Positions 13,270 to 24,637 of a DNA stretch of 64,000 nt are shown here, piece after piece. A program made the position numbers and the translations under genes. A model generated the notes under the pieces. It was given only the letters and a program-made list of their open reading frames with translations, made no database searches and had not been told where the DNA came from. The stretch is from Ascoidea asiatica JCM 7603 (taxonomy: Eukaryota; Fungi; Ascomycota): positions 191,623 to 255,622 of the forward strand of contig BCKQ01000002.1 of the NCBI GenBank assembly GCA_001600695.1, in the 5' to 3' direction. Position 1 is the first letter of the stretch, and each line of letters begins with the position of its first letter.

Positions 13270-14120
13270 AACAATAAACAATAATAATAATAATAATCAA
13301 TAAGAAAAGTGTTAGTTAAAGTTCCAACTCAATCATTCAAAAACTACAAATCTTAAATTCTAGACATGAGCAGAATTTTATTGAAAATAATTTATCGAAT
13401 CCAATTAAATCTCAATATGGAAATCGAAAAGGAGATTCAAGACCAAATTCTATTGTTTTAAATTTATATTCTGATCATATCTATAAGGAGCAGTCTACAA
13501 ATGAAAACAGTTCAAGTATCGCCACCAATGACAACTCCAAAAATGATACTAGAATATTTAGTTCGGGCCATTCAAATACCAACTTCTTTTTTCATGATCT
13601 TAACTCGACTTTGTTAGACCAGTTTGAAATGAAAATGGAAAACCTATTAATGTTTGAAGACACTTACGATAATAGCATTAATAATGAGAATATGATCAAT
13701 GAGAGAAATAGTTACAATAATCTAAATCTATCTCTGCAGAAGTAAGTTCTTCTGTTATGGGTCCTTCTAAAGTGGGAACGTCTATTGTAATTGTTTTTCC
13801 AATTGAGGATTAAAGTCTCTTAACAAAAAGTAATGATTTTTTGGATGATGATCTAGATAAATTTTTTTCTCATTTAAATGTCAAACCAAATATCCCAGGG
13901 GAGTCTTTTGGAATTTCTAATTAATCATTCTCTGATGATAAAAAGAAACTTAATATCATTCCTTCTCCAATTGTTGTTCCACTTACTTCTACAAGTGCTG
14001 GTTTCTTTAGAAGCCTTCTCCTTTACCGCCACTGGGAAACGAGTTGCAGCAATAATCTTAGGAATTTAATATTGACGTATTCGATATTGAAGAGTTTGAT
14101 AATACATTAACAATCTGTTA
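13270..14120 (+). pseudogene. Decayed gene-like fragment inside the MULE (captured host sequence or second element gene)
   Basis: Stop-to-stop frame 13320-13745 of 141 codons (...RKGDSRPNSIVLNLYSDHIY...LLDQFEMKMENLLMFEDTY...). It continues through stops and frameshifts (DFLDDDLDKFFSHL; PSPLPPLGNELQQ*S*EFNIDVFDIEEFD). No early ATG. Confidence 0.55.
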
Positions 14121-15276
14121 GTACTGTACTTCTTTTATATATATTTTTGGTTATTTATTCTCTAAAAGAAAGTTTTTCTAATTGTTTGAGTCTTGAAATA
14201 TAAATTTCTTTCAGAACAGACCTCGGTGTTTCAAAAAACTTCACGAGTTAAGTATCCGGTTTGTCATTTCCGGTAAATGAGTGGACGGTTTTTAAACATA
14301 TCACTTAAAATATATGTTCCATTTATAGAGGGTACCTGGCTTTCAATGTTAATACTTTCTGGTCATTCTTGAAATTTCGGGCCAGATTTTAAATCCTTTG
14401 TCGGATTAAAATGCGGTTATATGCGGATTTTTGGTGATTTCCGCTGAGCTTTTTCAAAAGTTCATTTTTCAAAAACGTGACAAAATTACTTCCTAAATAG
14501 GAAATAATATCTGCAAATAGAGATGTTGTGTCTGCAAATAGAGATGATGTGACTTCACTTAGTATTTCTCCTTTTTCCTGTCTTTTTCCTGTCTTTTTCT
14601 CACTTTCCCGTTTCTTCCTCCGGATCACCACCCGCATAGTCGACCTTTTTCCTGACCACGGATATGTGGAATCTTTGCGTGTTCTGCGCGTGTTCTGCGC
14701 TCTGTCATACTGTATTTCTCTTACTTCTGCGTGCCAAAATGTACCGCCATACTAGCCGCCCACGTGACACCCTGTTACTTGATTCTCCCATCTTTTCCCT
14801 TTTCAAAACCTTCGAGTTGCTTATAAACTTGATATAAACTTAATAAAACTTTTATTACTTTACCCAGAATGATATAAAAAAAAAACATTTGTATTTTCAT
14901 CCCTTCCGTATTTTAGATTTATATAAAGTAAACAATAACTTTTTATAATTTCAAATCAAATCATTTATATTCTTCATATATCACATAAAATCTAAATTTA
15001 CTCCTAAAAATGTCAATAATTGAAAAGCAAAAACAAAAAAACAAAACAATCTCATTGTTTTATTATAAGAAAGAAAGAATCAATCCTTTTTATTGATCTA
15101 ATCAAAATTATATAAAATAAACAGAGAAAATCTTATTTAAAAAAGAAGAATATTTTAAAAAAAAAAAAAAAAAATGTTCTATAAAAAAAAATATTTTTAC
15201 AATCTATTATAATCATACTGTATTGTATATTACAATTATATAAAATAATGAAATCAAATTCAAATTTATTAAAAAT

Positions 15277-17076
15277 ATGAAAAATCTTTTAAAATTTAAT
15301 AATAATATTTCAAATTTTTTCAATTTTCTTTTAATAAATTTAAATTTATTAATATCAATATTTAATTTAATAATATTAATAATTATATATAAAATTTTCA
15401 ATTCTTCAATTTCAAATAATCTTTTAATAATCAATTCAATTTCATTTCTTTCAATTCTTTCTAAACTTTTAATTTCTTTAAATTCAATATCAATTTTTAT
15501 TTTCTTAAAATTCTCAATATTTTTAATTTTTAATAAATTTTTTATAAAAATTTTAAAAATCAAGAAAAATATAAAAAATTTATTAATTTTTTTAATATTA
15601 ATATTTATTTCAATCATTTTAATCTTAAATTTAATATTAAATTTAATTTTTTTTAATTTCTTCTTTAAAAATTTAATTTCTTGGAATTCAAAAAATTTAA
15701 ATAATCAAATAATTATACAATTTTTTATTTTAGAAATCTTTCCAAAAAAGGATAAATTTTTTTTAATTTTAATATATTTAATATCTTTTTCAATCTCTTT
15801 AATTTTACAATCAACTTTTTTAACTTTTCAATTCTTTTCATTCTTTAAAAATTTCAATATTAATAATAATCAAAAAGTTAGTCTAAAAACTTCTGAAGAA
15901 ACTTTAATTAATAATAATTTATTTAATGAAAAAAATTATAAATTTAAAGATTTAACACTTACAAATAATCTTATAATTAATAAAAATAAAATGAAATTTC
16001 AAAATGGTTTAAGAACTTTTAATTTAACTTCAAATTTATCAAAAAAAACTAGTAATAATAATAATAATAATAATAATAATCATTTAAATTTAAATTCAAT
16101 TAATTATGAAAAAAATATCTTAAATAAAATTAATAATAATTTATTACCTCCTTTTTTACAAAATAATGATAATAATAATAATAATAATAATAATTTGAAT
16201 AAAAATTGTAATAAATGTTTTTATCATACAAAAACTAATAATTCAAATGAATATAATAATAATATTATTCACAATTTCAAATTTCCAAAAGATTTAATAA
16301 GTCAAGATCATATTCATTTAGATTCTAATATAAATAATGAATCAAATAATGAAATGAATAATGAAATGAATAATGATAATAATAATAATAATAATAATTT
16401 AAGTACCGATGATAATGATATATCATTTACTCATTCAATGTTATGGCCATATGATAAAATAATTACAAATATAAGTTCAAACTCAAGAAATAAAAATTCA
16501 ATAGATAATACTAAGGAAAATGAAATTGAAATTGAAAATGAAATTGAAAATGAAATTGATAATGATAATGATAATGAGATTAGTGAAATATCTGTGAGTT
16601 CAATAGTAAATGCTGCAATGAAATCTGATTTAAATTTCATAAAATCTAATATGTCTAAATATATTTTATCTTCTGGAAATAGTTATGAAATTTTAAATGC
16701 AAAAGAAAAATCAAATAGTAATAATAAAAATCAAAATCAAAATCAAAATCAAAATTAAAATCAAAATCAAGATGTAATAATAATAGAATCAAAAGAAAAT
16801 CAAGAACTACAAGAACAACAAAAACAACAAAAACCAGCTAGAAGATTTACTCATTCAATATCTAAATCAATCAGACAATCAATTAGAAGTATATCTTCTT
16901 CACCAGTTAGAAAAAGTTCATTTTCAAATTTTCAAAATGAACAAGTAAATTTTCAAACAGGGCATTTTTCTAGTATGTCTAATCCTCAACAGAATTTTAT
17001 TTTCCATTCAAATACTCCAAGTTTGAACAACAGTAACTTTAGTAATAACAAGAATAAACAATACTTTCACTGGTAA
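15277..17076 (+). CDS. Multi-pass membrane protein with Asn-rich tail, interrupted by an in-frame TAA at 16756-16758 (pseudogene, truncated allele or sequence error); architecture reminiscent of Irc8
   Basis: Several hydrophobic segments in the N-terminal ~190 aa. The frame stays open for 105 codons after the TAA (...PARRFTHSISKSIRQSIRSISSSPVRKSSF...YFHW*). The 5' end is uncertain. Confidence 0.55.
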
Positions 17077-17511
17077 GAACATAAAAATTTTCGTAAGCAT
17101 TGTGTAATATCACTCAAATAAATATCAATTTATAGTCAATAATTCAATACAATAAAGTAAAATAGAATAATTGTTTGTACTCTTATCATCATATCGATTT
17201 ACTGCTCTAGAAAATAGAGACAGTTGATTTAGATTCCATTTGAAAACCCATCAGCTCGGTACTAATGCAAATAAAGCATAGCTACACGGGCAGTCGCGCA
17301 TGAATTTCATTTCCGCGAATTTCAATTGAGCAAGGATTAACATGCAGCTAAGGTATCAACCCGCAGGTGACAGTGAAATAGCTAGGACCTGTTGTGGTGT
17401 GCTTTGTCCTAAAACGAGATTGCGTTCTGGATTCAGCGTGGATCTGGGGGAGGCGGAAGCGGAGGTTTTTAGAGATCTCTTTTCGTATTGATAACAACGC
17501 AAACCAGGGTT

Positions 17512-17518
17512 TATACGA
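17512..17518 (-). promoter_or_regulatory. Sterol regulatory element (Upc2/Ecm22; TCGTATA) upstream of ERG4
   Basis: TATACGA about 1 kb upstream of the ERG4 ATG in a GC-richer promoter block. Confidence 0.5.
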
Positions 17519-18562
17519 ATACGGGTACGACGCATGTGACCAATGCGTCGTAAACTACCTGAGACATCGTTAAGTCGTTAAGAGACTTCTATCTCCGGGA
17601 ATACTTCACTTGGGGGCTAGCTTTGCAGTGGGCCGCGTCTGGAACTAAATGCCCCATAAAACCAATCCTCATGGGAATAGTCCCACTATAAAACAGTAAC
17701 AGTAAAACAAAACATATTACCCGGGTACTTATTCAGATGTGAAGTCCTTCAAAAACCACTACCAATGGCCTTTATATTTTTTTGTTTTAAATACGGGTAA
17801 TGCATTTATAAATCTTGTGTGTGTCCCGAAAATGAAGAAATGCTCTACCCATTTTTTTTTAGGCACCCTATCGGGGTAGCTTCTAGGGAATGGCACAGTT
17901 TCAATTTCTTTTACGGGCACACTTGCGGTTAGGTTCTCGTTGCAGGCCTGTATTCCACTGTTTGGGCCTTTCTCATGTTTTTTATATCTTTTTTTTCTTC
18001 TCCTTCGGATGCTTTATCTTTCATTCTCTAAATTTTCTTTCTTCTTTAGATTGTTTATATTCTTCACAAGTTTTCTGTTTATTTGTTTATATAATATTTA
18101 TAATATTTATAATATTTATAATATTTAATATCTTTATATCTCCAATATTCTTTTTTTCTTTTTCTTTGCCTTTTTTCTTTTCTTCTTCATTCTTTAAAAG
18201 AAGTATTTTAGAATACATTTCCTCTCTCGTTTTCTAATCAATCATTTTCAAAAAAATCTAAGTCAAATATTTACTTTTTTGTTTCTTAATTTATTATTTA
18301 TTGTTTATTAATTAATTTTTATTATATTTTGGATTATTAATTATTATAATCAGTAATAATTAATATTCATTTACTATTGTGCTTATTTTTCACTTACACT
18401 TTCACTTTAAATTCAAATATTTCTACTACAGTAATACTCATTTTGTTTCTTTTTTTTACATTCTCTTATCCAAATTTTAACTTTTCCATTTAACAACAAA
18501 ACCAAAAAACTCAAAAGAAATTATATATATATATTTATATATACATAACTTTTTTTTTCATA

Positions 18563-19996
18563 ATGGATTCAGAATCTTCTCAACTATTAGAAAATGATTC
18601 AACAGATGATTTAAAACAAAATTTAAAAAAAAAAATTATAAAACAAAAAGATCCAAGATATTTACCTGATGATGAAATTGAATATGAATTTGGTGGAGTT
18701 ATTGGTGTTATAGGAATGTTAATTGGTTTTCCACTTTTAATGTGGTATATGTGGATATCCGCAGAATTTTATAATGGTAAACCTGCTTGGCCTTCAAATG
18801 ATCAAAATTTTATTCAATTTTTATCTCATTTATTAAATGATTTTTTTATACCATATGCAATACCTGATTTTAGAACTTGGAGAATTTTTTTAACTTTTAT
18901 TTTAACTCAAGTTATATTTTATTATACTTTACCAGGTATTTGGACTAAAGGTCAACCTTTAGCTCATTTAAATAATCAACAATTAGATTATTTTTGTAAT
19001 GCTGTTTTTTCTTTTTATACTTCAATCATAATTTCTTTTATTTTACATTTTACTGGAATTTTTCCTTTATATACAATAATTGATTTATTTGGTAAATTAA
19101 TGACTGCTGCTATCATTTCTGGTTTTTCATTCTCAATTTATCTTTATCTTTATTCAATTTTTATTTCAGGTTCTTATTTTAGAATGACTGGTAATCATTT
19201 ATATGATTTTTTTATGGGTGCTCCATTAAATCCAAGAATTGGAATACTTGATTTAAAAATGTTTTTTGAAGTTAGATTACCTTGGTTTATTCTTTTTTTT
19301 ACAACTTTAGGTGCTTGTTTTAAACAATATAAAGAATATAATTATGTTTCAATTAATCTATTATTCATGTTGTTATGTCATTTTCTTTATGCAAATGGTT
19401 GTTCAAAAGGTGAAGAATTAATTGTACCAACTTGGGATATGGCTTATGAAAAATTTGGTTTTATGTTAATATTTTGGAATATTGCTGGTGTTCCATTTAC
19501 TTATTGTCAAACAACTTTATTTTTAACTTATCATAATCCAAATACTTATTCTTGGCCTTTATTTTATAATATTTTCTTATTTATATTATTATTATCTTCT
19601 TATTTTATTTTTGATACTGCAAATGGTCAAAAAAATAGTTTTAGAAAACAAATTTCTGGAGATAAATCAATTAGAAAAACTTTTCCATTTTTACCTTATC
19701 AAGTTTTGAAAAATCCAAAATATATTCAATGTCAAAATGGCTCAACACTTTTAATTGATGGTTGGGTTAAATATGCGAGAAAAATTCATTATACTGCAGA
19801 TTGGTGTCAATCTCTTTCTTGGAGTTTAATGTGTGGTTTTCAATCAATTTTTCCCTTTTTTTTTCCAACTTTTTTCTTTATTGTTTTGGTTCATAGAACA
19901 ATAAGAGATGAAAGAAAATGTTCTAAAAAATATGGTCAAGATTGGATAAAATATTGTAAAGAATGTCCTTATCGTTTCATACCTTTTATATTTTGA
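18563..19996 (+). CDS. ERG4: C-24(28) sterol reductase
   Basis: [88 protein letters not shown]. Confidence 0.96.
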   Translation: MDSESSQLLENDSTDDLKQNLKKKIIKQKDPRYLPDDEIEYEFGGVIGVIGMLIGFPLLMWYMWISAEFYNGKPAWPSNDQNFIQFLSHLLNDFFIPYAIPDFRTWRIFLTFILTQVIFYYTLPGIWTKGQPLAHLNNQQLDYFCNAVFSFYTSIIISFILHFTGIFPLYTIIDLFGKLMTAAIISGFSFSIYLYLYSIFISGSYFRMTGNHLYDFFMGAPLNPRIGILDLKMFFEVRLPWFILFFTTLGACFKQYKEYNYVSINLLFMLLCHFLYANGCSKGEELIVPTWDMAYEKFGFMLIFWNIAGVPFTYCQTTLFLTYHNPNTYSWPLFYNIFLFILLLSSYFIFDTANGQKNSFRKQISGDKSIRKTFPFLPYQVLKNPKYIQCQNGSTLLIDGWVKYARKIHYTADWCQSLSWSLMCGFQSIFPFFFPTFFFIVLVHRTIRDERKCSKKYGQDWIKYCKECPYRFIPFIF

Positions 19997-20253
19997 ATTT
20001 ATTAATCCATAAAGTCATTAATTCATTAATCTATAAATACAAAAACTCAAAAATAAAAAAAATTCATTTTAAAAATTTCAATTCAAGTTACAAATAACTT
20101 TTTTACAAAAGCAATAATTTTCCTTTGATATATATTCTACTGTATAATTATAAACATAAATATTAGCATAAATATAAATATAAATAAAATATAAATATAA
20201 ATTTAAATAAATATAAATATAAATATAAATTACAAACGTAAGCAATTATAAGC

Positions 20254-22221
20254 CTACATAAGCTCATCTTGATTAACATATCCCATAAATGATTGAAATT
20301 CGGAAATAGCTTTAGGATTAGATATTCTTAATCTTGCCATTATATCTAAACCTGATTGATCATTATCTTCATTTTCGTTTTCGTTTTCATTTTCATTTTC
20401 CTGTTCTTCACTCTCTTCTTCGACTGCTATATCCATATCTACATCCGGATTTGTCTCTTCATTACCTGGGGATTTTAAAGCATTTTCTTCATTTGAATTT
20501 TTCTCCTTTTCAGCGGTAACTTCAGTTTCACCGAATCCTTCTTTCTGATGTTCATTATCTTTAGTTGACTGATCTTTTATTTTAGATTCATTTTCATTTT
20601 TGGAATCCTTTGTTGTTTCAAGTAATTTTGTTATTGCTTCTTCGAGAATTGGTTTATTAGAAACCAATTGCTTTAATTTATATCTCATTACTTTTCTTAG
20701 ATTTAATATACAATTTTCTTCATACCAGCCATATGATAAACTTGCAGATTTTGTAAATTTTGATTCATTTAGTATTTTAAGTATTTCTGGATCTTTAATA
20801 TTTTCGATTTGAAATAATAAGCTTTTAGGTGCAGCATCTCCCCAAAATTCGTATTCTCTTGGTATAGTAGTATTAATATCATTCTCATCATGGCGATCTT
20901 TATTATTAGTGTCATCAATATCAAGCCTTAATTCAAGATTATGAAAACCTGTTACTCTAAAAGATTCAGTTTGGTATTTAGCATATTTTGATGAAGATTT
21001 TGGATCTACTCCAAATCTAATGAATGATTGTCTCCAAGGTCCCTTCCTAACCCCATATGCCACATAGGGCAAAGAATATTTTATAAAGCCTTTATACTTA
21101 TTTGGCATAATATATACAATATGCTTTCTAAGCCATATTGGCTTTTGTTGAAACTTTTCTTTTAAAAAGTTAATACAAGAAACTAAATCTTTATTGAAAG
21201 CTAATTCAGAACTCATAGTTAACTCAATTGCCGGTTGATTTTCATCTTCAAGTGATTCATCTTTATTCGGTATATCAATATTATCATTCAATTCAGGATC
21301 AACGTTTAAACTACTTATATCAGCTCTTGAAAAACTTTGTTTTCTTTTAGAATTTTCAAAACTTTTAATATCTTTTTTCATTTTAGCTAGATTTGAAACC
21401 AAATTTTCCAAAGGTGCATTAGGTACAGGGGATTTCCAATCAACAAAAACGGTATGCAATTTTGGTGCGTGAGTTAAATTGACTAATTTTACTTTTCCAT
21501 CTTTTTCTTTGACTACCTGGACAGCTGGATTTTTTTTATATCTATAAGTGTATGGAATTGGGATGCTAGAAAATCGTGGAGGAGGTGGCAAATCTAAATC
21601 CAAATTCTTTATTGCTTGTTGAATTTCAGGATTAGATCTAATTTCCTCATTAGAATATTCTTGGAAATCTTCAGGTAGCCAGGGCCTTTTATCACATTCA
21701 AGATCTAATTCTTTAATTTTAGTAAAATTCCCTTCAAACATTGATTCTTTAACTTTATTGGTGAATTCTGAATTTTTAGTTATATATTGAAAATCCGCCA
21801 TTTCTCTGAAGCGATAAACTTTGTTAATAATTGATACAGGTGCAACTTTATAGTATCTTTCAATTGTTCCATTGGAACTTTGAATAGTGTTTGCTTGTAA
21901 TGCTTTTTGAATATTTCCTTTATATTTTGCCAATTCACCTTTGGGAAGAGAGATCTTAAGTAGAATATTTTCCCGATCAGTAGTTAAAGATTGAACAGGA
22001 TGATGAAAAGGATCGTTAGGTCTTAGCCTAAGTTCCAAAGCGTCATCACTCATTAGAGCCTGTTTTATAGAAGCAGAACCACCAACCATGGATATTGCTT
22101 TATCAACATTCTTTACATTTAAAGGAAATTCAATAGATGCAACATGAGGTAAATCTAAAGGGAATTCCTTAGCTAATCGTTTCTTATTTGATTCAGGTTT
22201 TTTAAATTTGCTATTTGCCAT
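20254..22221 (-). CDS. TFC1: RNA pol III transcription factor TFIIIC tau95 subunit
   Basis: IEFPLNVKNVDKAISMVGG, LELRLRPNDPFHHPV, YRFREMADFQY, KPIWLR, KGPWRQSFIRFGVDP. Adjacent to MRPL36, as in S. cerevisiae. Confidence 0.92.
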   Translation of the reverse strand: MANSKFKKPESNKKRLAKEFPLDLPHVASIEFPLNVKNVDKAISMVGGSASIKQALMSDDALELRLRPNDPFHHPVQSLTTDRENILLKISLPKGELAKYKGNIQKALQANTIQSSNGTIERYYKVAPVSIINKVYRFREMADFQYITKNSEFTNKVKESMFEGNFTKIKELDLECDKRPWLPEDFQEYSNEEIRSNPEIQQAIKNLDLDLPPPPRFSSIPIPYTYRYKKNPAVQVVKEKDGKVKLVNLTHAPKLHTVFVDWKSPVPNAPLENLVSNLAKMKKDIKSFENSKRKQSFSRADISSLNVDPELNDNIDIPNKDESLEDENQPAIELTMSSELAFNKDLVSCINFLKEKFQQKPIWLRKHIVYIMPNKYKGFIKYSLPYVAYGVRKGPWRQSFIRFGVDPKSSSKYAKYQTESFRVTGFHNLELRLDIDDTNNKDRHDENDINTTIPREYEFWGDAAPKSLLFQIENIKDPEILKILNESKFTKSASLSYGWYEENCILNLRKVMRYKLKQLVSNKPILEEAITKLLETTKDSKNENESKIKDQSTKDNEHQKEGFGETEVTAEKEKNSNEENALKSPGNEETNPDVDMDIAVEEESEEQENENENENENEDNDQSGLDIMARLRISNPKAISEFQSFMGYVNQDELM

Positions 22222-22779
22222 TATTAAATGTACATAAAAGAAGAATACAAATTGAGTTGTGAAAATGATAAAATAAAGCTTCCTTCAAATATTCTAAATT
22301 GATTTAGGAAAGTGAAACTTTTTGAAAGTTTGATCAATAACATTGAATGTTATTAAATCTGAAGTATTTCCAATAAAATAAGCTGGAGATGCTTGAAGTT
22401 TGACCAATTTATGTCAACAAATAATTAAAATTAACCAATATCCGATAACTTTAACTTATATCCAAATTAGGAATTACACCGAGAGTTCCTTTCGAGGGCT
22501 TATAATTGCACCTGACTCAATTTACTTCCGGTAATTTTTTCTTCAATAATAAGTGTAACTACTTTAATTTGAATCTAATTAACGCACCGTAGTTTGGAAG
22601 GTTATTCAGTTGAAGCGGAAACAGATGTGAAAAAAAAATAAAATTTATGAAATCCAATGGAAGACCAAACTTCATAATTGAAATATTAAAGGTTTATTAC
22701 TAGTACCTAATATTTTCAAATAGAAGAGAAAGCTACCCAGAAATAAAAATATTCATTAGGAATAATATATACAGTTCAA

Positions 22780-23433
22780 ATGAGTTTTTTCTCAAATAAA
22801 ATAGTCGTCAAGTCTCTATTGAATTTGACTGCTAAACAATCAGTTTCAAGAGTGATATTCACCAGACAAGAAGGAACTTATAATCCTAATGTTAACAGCA
22901 CAGATATTAGTTTGCAGACACGTCCTAAAAGAAAAATCGGGATAGGAAAAGCAAGACCATCAATTTATCATATGTTTAAATGTTATGTCGAATTAAGTGA
23001 TGGTTCGGTTGTCATCCGAAAATCTCAATTTCCAAAAGATGAGCTTAGGTTAATTAATGATCAAAGAAATAATCCTCTTTGGAATCCGAGCAGAAAAGAT
23101 TTGAATTTAGTTGATCAAAATGCGGCAGACAGAATGAATAGATTCAAAGAGAAATACTCGATGTTTAATATTGTGTCTGACAAAGATTTGGAGAAAGAGA
23201 AAATTAAAATTGAATTACAGAAAAAAGAAGCAGCATCTGAACCAACTTCTGAACCAGAATCCAAACCAGTTTCTGAAGTTATATCTGAAGCTACTGGAAA
23301 AAAGGAAACAGACGTTAAAGAAGCTCAAGCTTTCTCAATGGATGATTATCTTGATATTTTAGGTGAAAATGCTCAAGAGGTTCAATCTGGTGGTAAATTG
23401 CAAACAAAACAGAAGAAACCTAAGAAAAAATAA
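22780..23433 (+). CDS. MRPL36: Mitochondrial ribosomal protein bL31m
   Basis: [10 protein letters not shown]...[36 protein letters not shown], with a presequence-like N-terminus. Confidence 0.93.
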   Translation: MSFFSNKIVVKSLLNLTAKQSVSRVIFTRQEGTYNPNVNSTDISLQTRPKRKIGIGKARPSIYHMFKCYVELSDGSVVIRKSQFPKDELRLINDQRNNPLWNPSRKDLNLVDQNAADRMNRFKEKYSMFNIVSDKDLEKEKIKIELQKKEAASEPTSEPESKPVSEVISEATGKKETDVKEAQAFSMDDYLDILGENAQEVQSGGKLQTKQKKPKKK

Positions 23434-23611
23434 GCCCACTCTTTACAAATATTGAATATATCAACTTAACTTACATAAATTCTGTACATATCCTGTTTTT
23501 TTGTTTTATGTTTTTTATTTTCGTACATTTTCTCATTTTGATTTATATATATTTACAAAATACAAGAGAATATTCTAAGATTTAAATTGTTAAAAAAAAA
23601 AAAAAAAATTT

Positions 23612-24637
23612 TCAAATAACCACTACTCCTTCTTTAGGTGGCAGATATTGACGAATTTTAATTCCTCCATTGGTAAGAACCTCCCATGATAGTTTATCCA
23701 TGCTATAAGATTTAGAATATACCACTTCTTTTATTCCTTGTTGAACGATTTTTATAGAGCACGTTAAACAAGGACAAGTATCGCAATATAATATAGAAGC
23801 TCTTTCTCCAACTCTATCTCTTCCACTTTCAAGCAAGGCATTTTCCTCAGCATGCAAACATAAACATGTAGAAAGACTTGCACCACTAGAAGCCTTGGTT
23901 GTTAGTTGATTACATCTTGGACAGCCACCCAGATTACAATTTTTAAGATTTCTTGGGGTTCCATTATAACCCGTTGAAATTACTCTGTGATCTCTTACAA
24001 GAACACATCCAACTCTTCTTTTCATACAATTGCTTCTTAAAGCAGCTAAACTTGCCAAACTCATAAAATATGAATCCCAAGTTGGTCGAAGTCTTGTTTC
24101 ATCCATTAATAATAATTTAGATAATGAAATGTATAGATCTTTAACTAAAGGTTTGTTATTTATTATCCTTATTTTGGCTTTGGAAATTACATTAATCATC
24201 AAAGTTTCTGGAGAATATAATAGATTATCCGAGATTTCCATAAATGTTTTTAAATCAATATCAGACTTATGCTTTTGATTATATCTTTGAAACCGAATAT
24301 TAATTGGAGCATCAATTGAAATATGTAAAAAAAATGGTTTGATATTTAGCTTATCTAAAATAGTAGTTGAAGATATGTTATTTAATACAAAATGTTCACG
24401 CCAATGATTTGTGACATAATCAGAAAGTTCTTCAAAGGAAGCAAAATTGTTTTCAGGCTTGAGCAGAATATCAGAAGAATTCATGTCTTTAGAATCATCA
24501 TCTTCACTCTCAGAAACCCATGGTACATTAAAAATCTCTGGTTTGCAATAATCAATATATTTAAAACCTTGGAAAGTTAGATATTTAGCTACTTCTGTTT
24601 TTCCGGAACCCAAAGTGCCTGAAATTCCAATTAGCAT
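23612..24637 (-). CDS. DCD1: dCMP deaminase with N-terminal P-loop domain
   Basis: RPTWDSYFM, RSNCMKRRVGCVLV, TGYNGTP, CLHAEENA, PCLTC zinc motifs. N-terminal GTLGSGKT. Confidence 0.96.
   Translation of the reverse strand: MLIGISGTLGSGKTEVAKYLTFQGFKYIDYCKPEIFNVPWVSESEDDDSKDMNSSDILLKPENNFASFEELSDYVTNHWREHFVLNNISSTTILDKLNIKPFFLHISIDAPINIRFQRYNQKHKSDIDLKTFMEISDNLLYSPETLMINVISKAKIRIINNKPLVKDLYISLSKLLLMDETRLRPTWDSYFMSLASLAALRSNCMKRRVGCVLVRDHRVISTGYNGTPRNLKNCNLGGCPRCNQLTTKASSGASLSTCLCLHAEENALLESGRDRVGERASILYCDTCPCLTCSIKIVQQGIKEVVYSKSYSMDKLSWEVLTNGGIKIRQYLPPKEGVVVI

Larger units (their letters stand above)
12189..14570 (-). mobile_element. Non-autonomous Mutator-like DNA transposon (MULE), 2382 bp
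   Basis: Perfect 40-bp TIRs: GAGAAATACTAAGTGAAGTCACATCATCTCTATTTGCAGA at 12189-12228 and its reverse complement at 14531-14570. The 9-bp direct repeat CTTTTTCCT flanks both ends (12180-12188, 14571-14579). Decayed MULE-like transposase motifs lie inside. Confidence 0.9.

Noticed and set aside
15213-15617. Antisense or alternate-frame ORFs within real genes (also 41569-41988, 51969-52547, 62162-62509 and others)
   Set aside because: These are shadows of low-complexity coding sequence.
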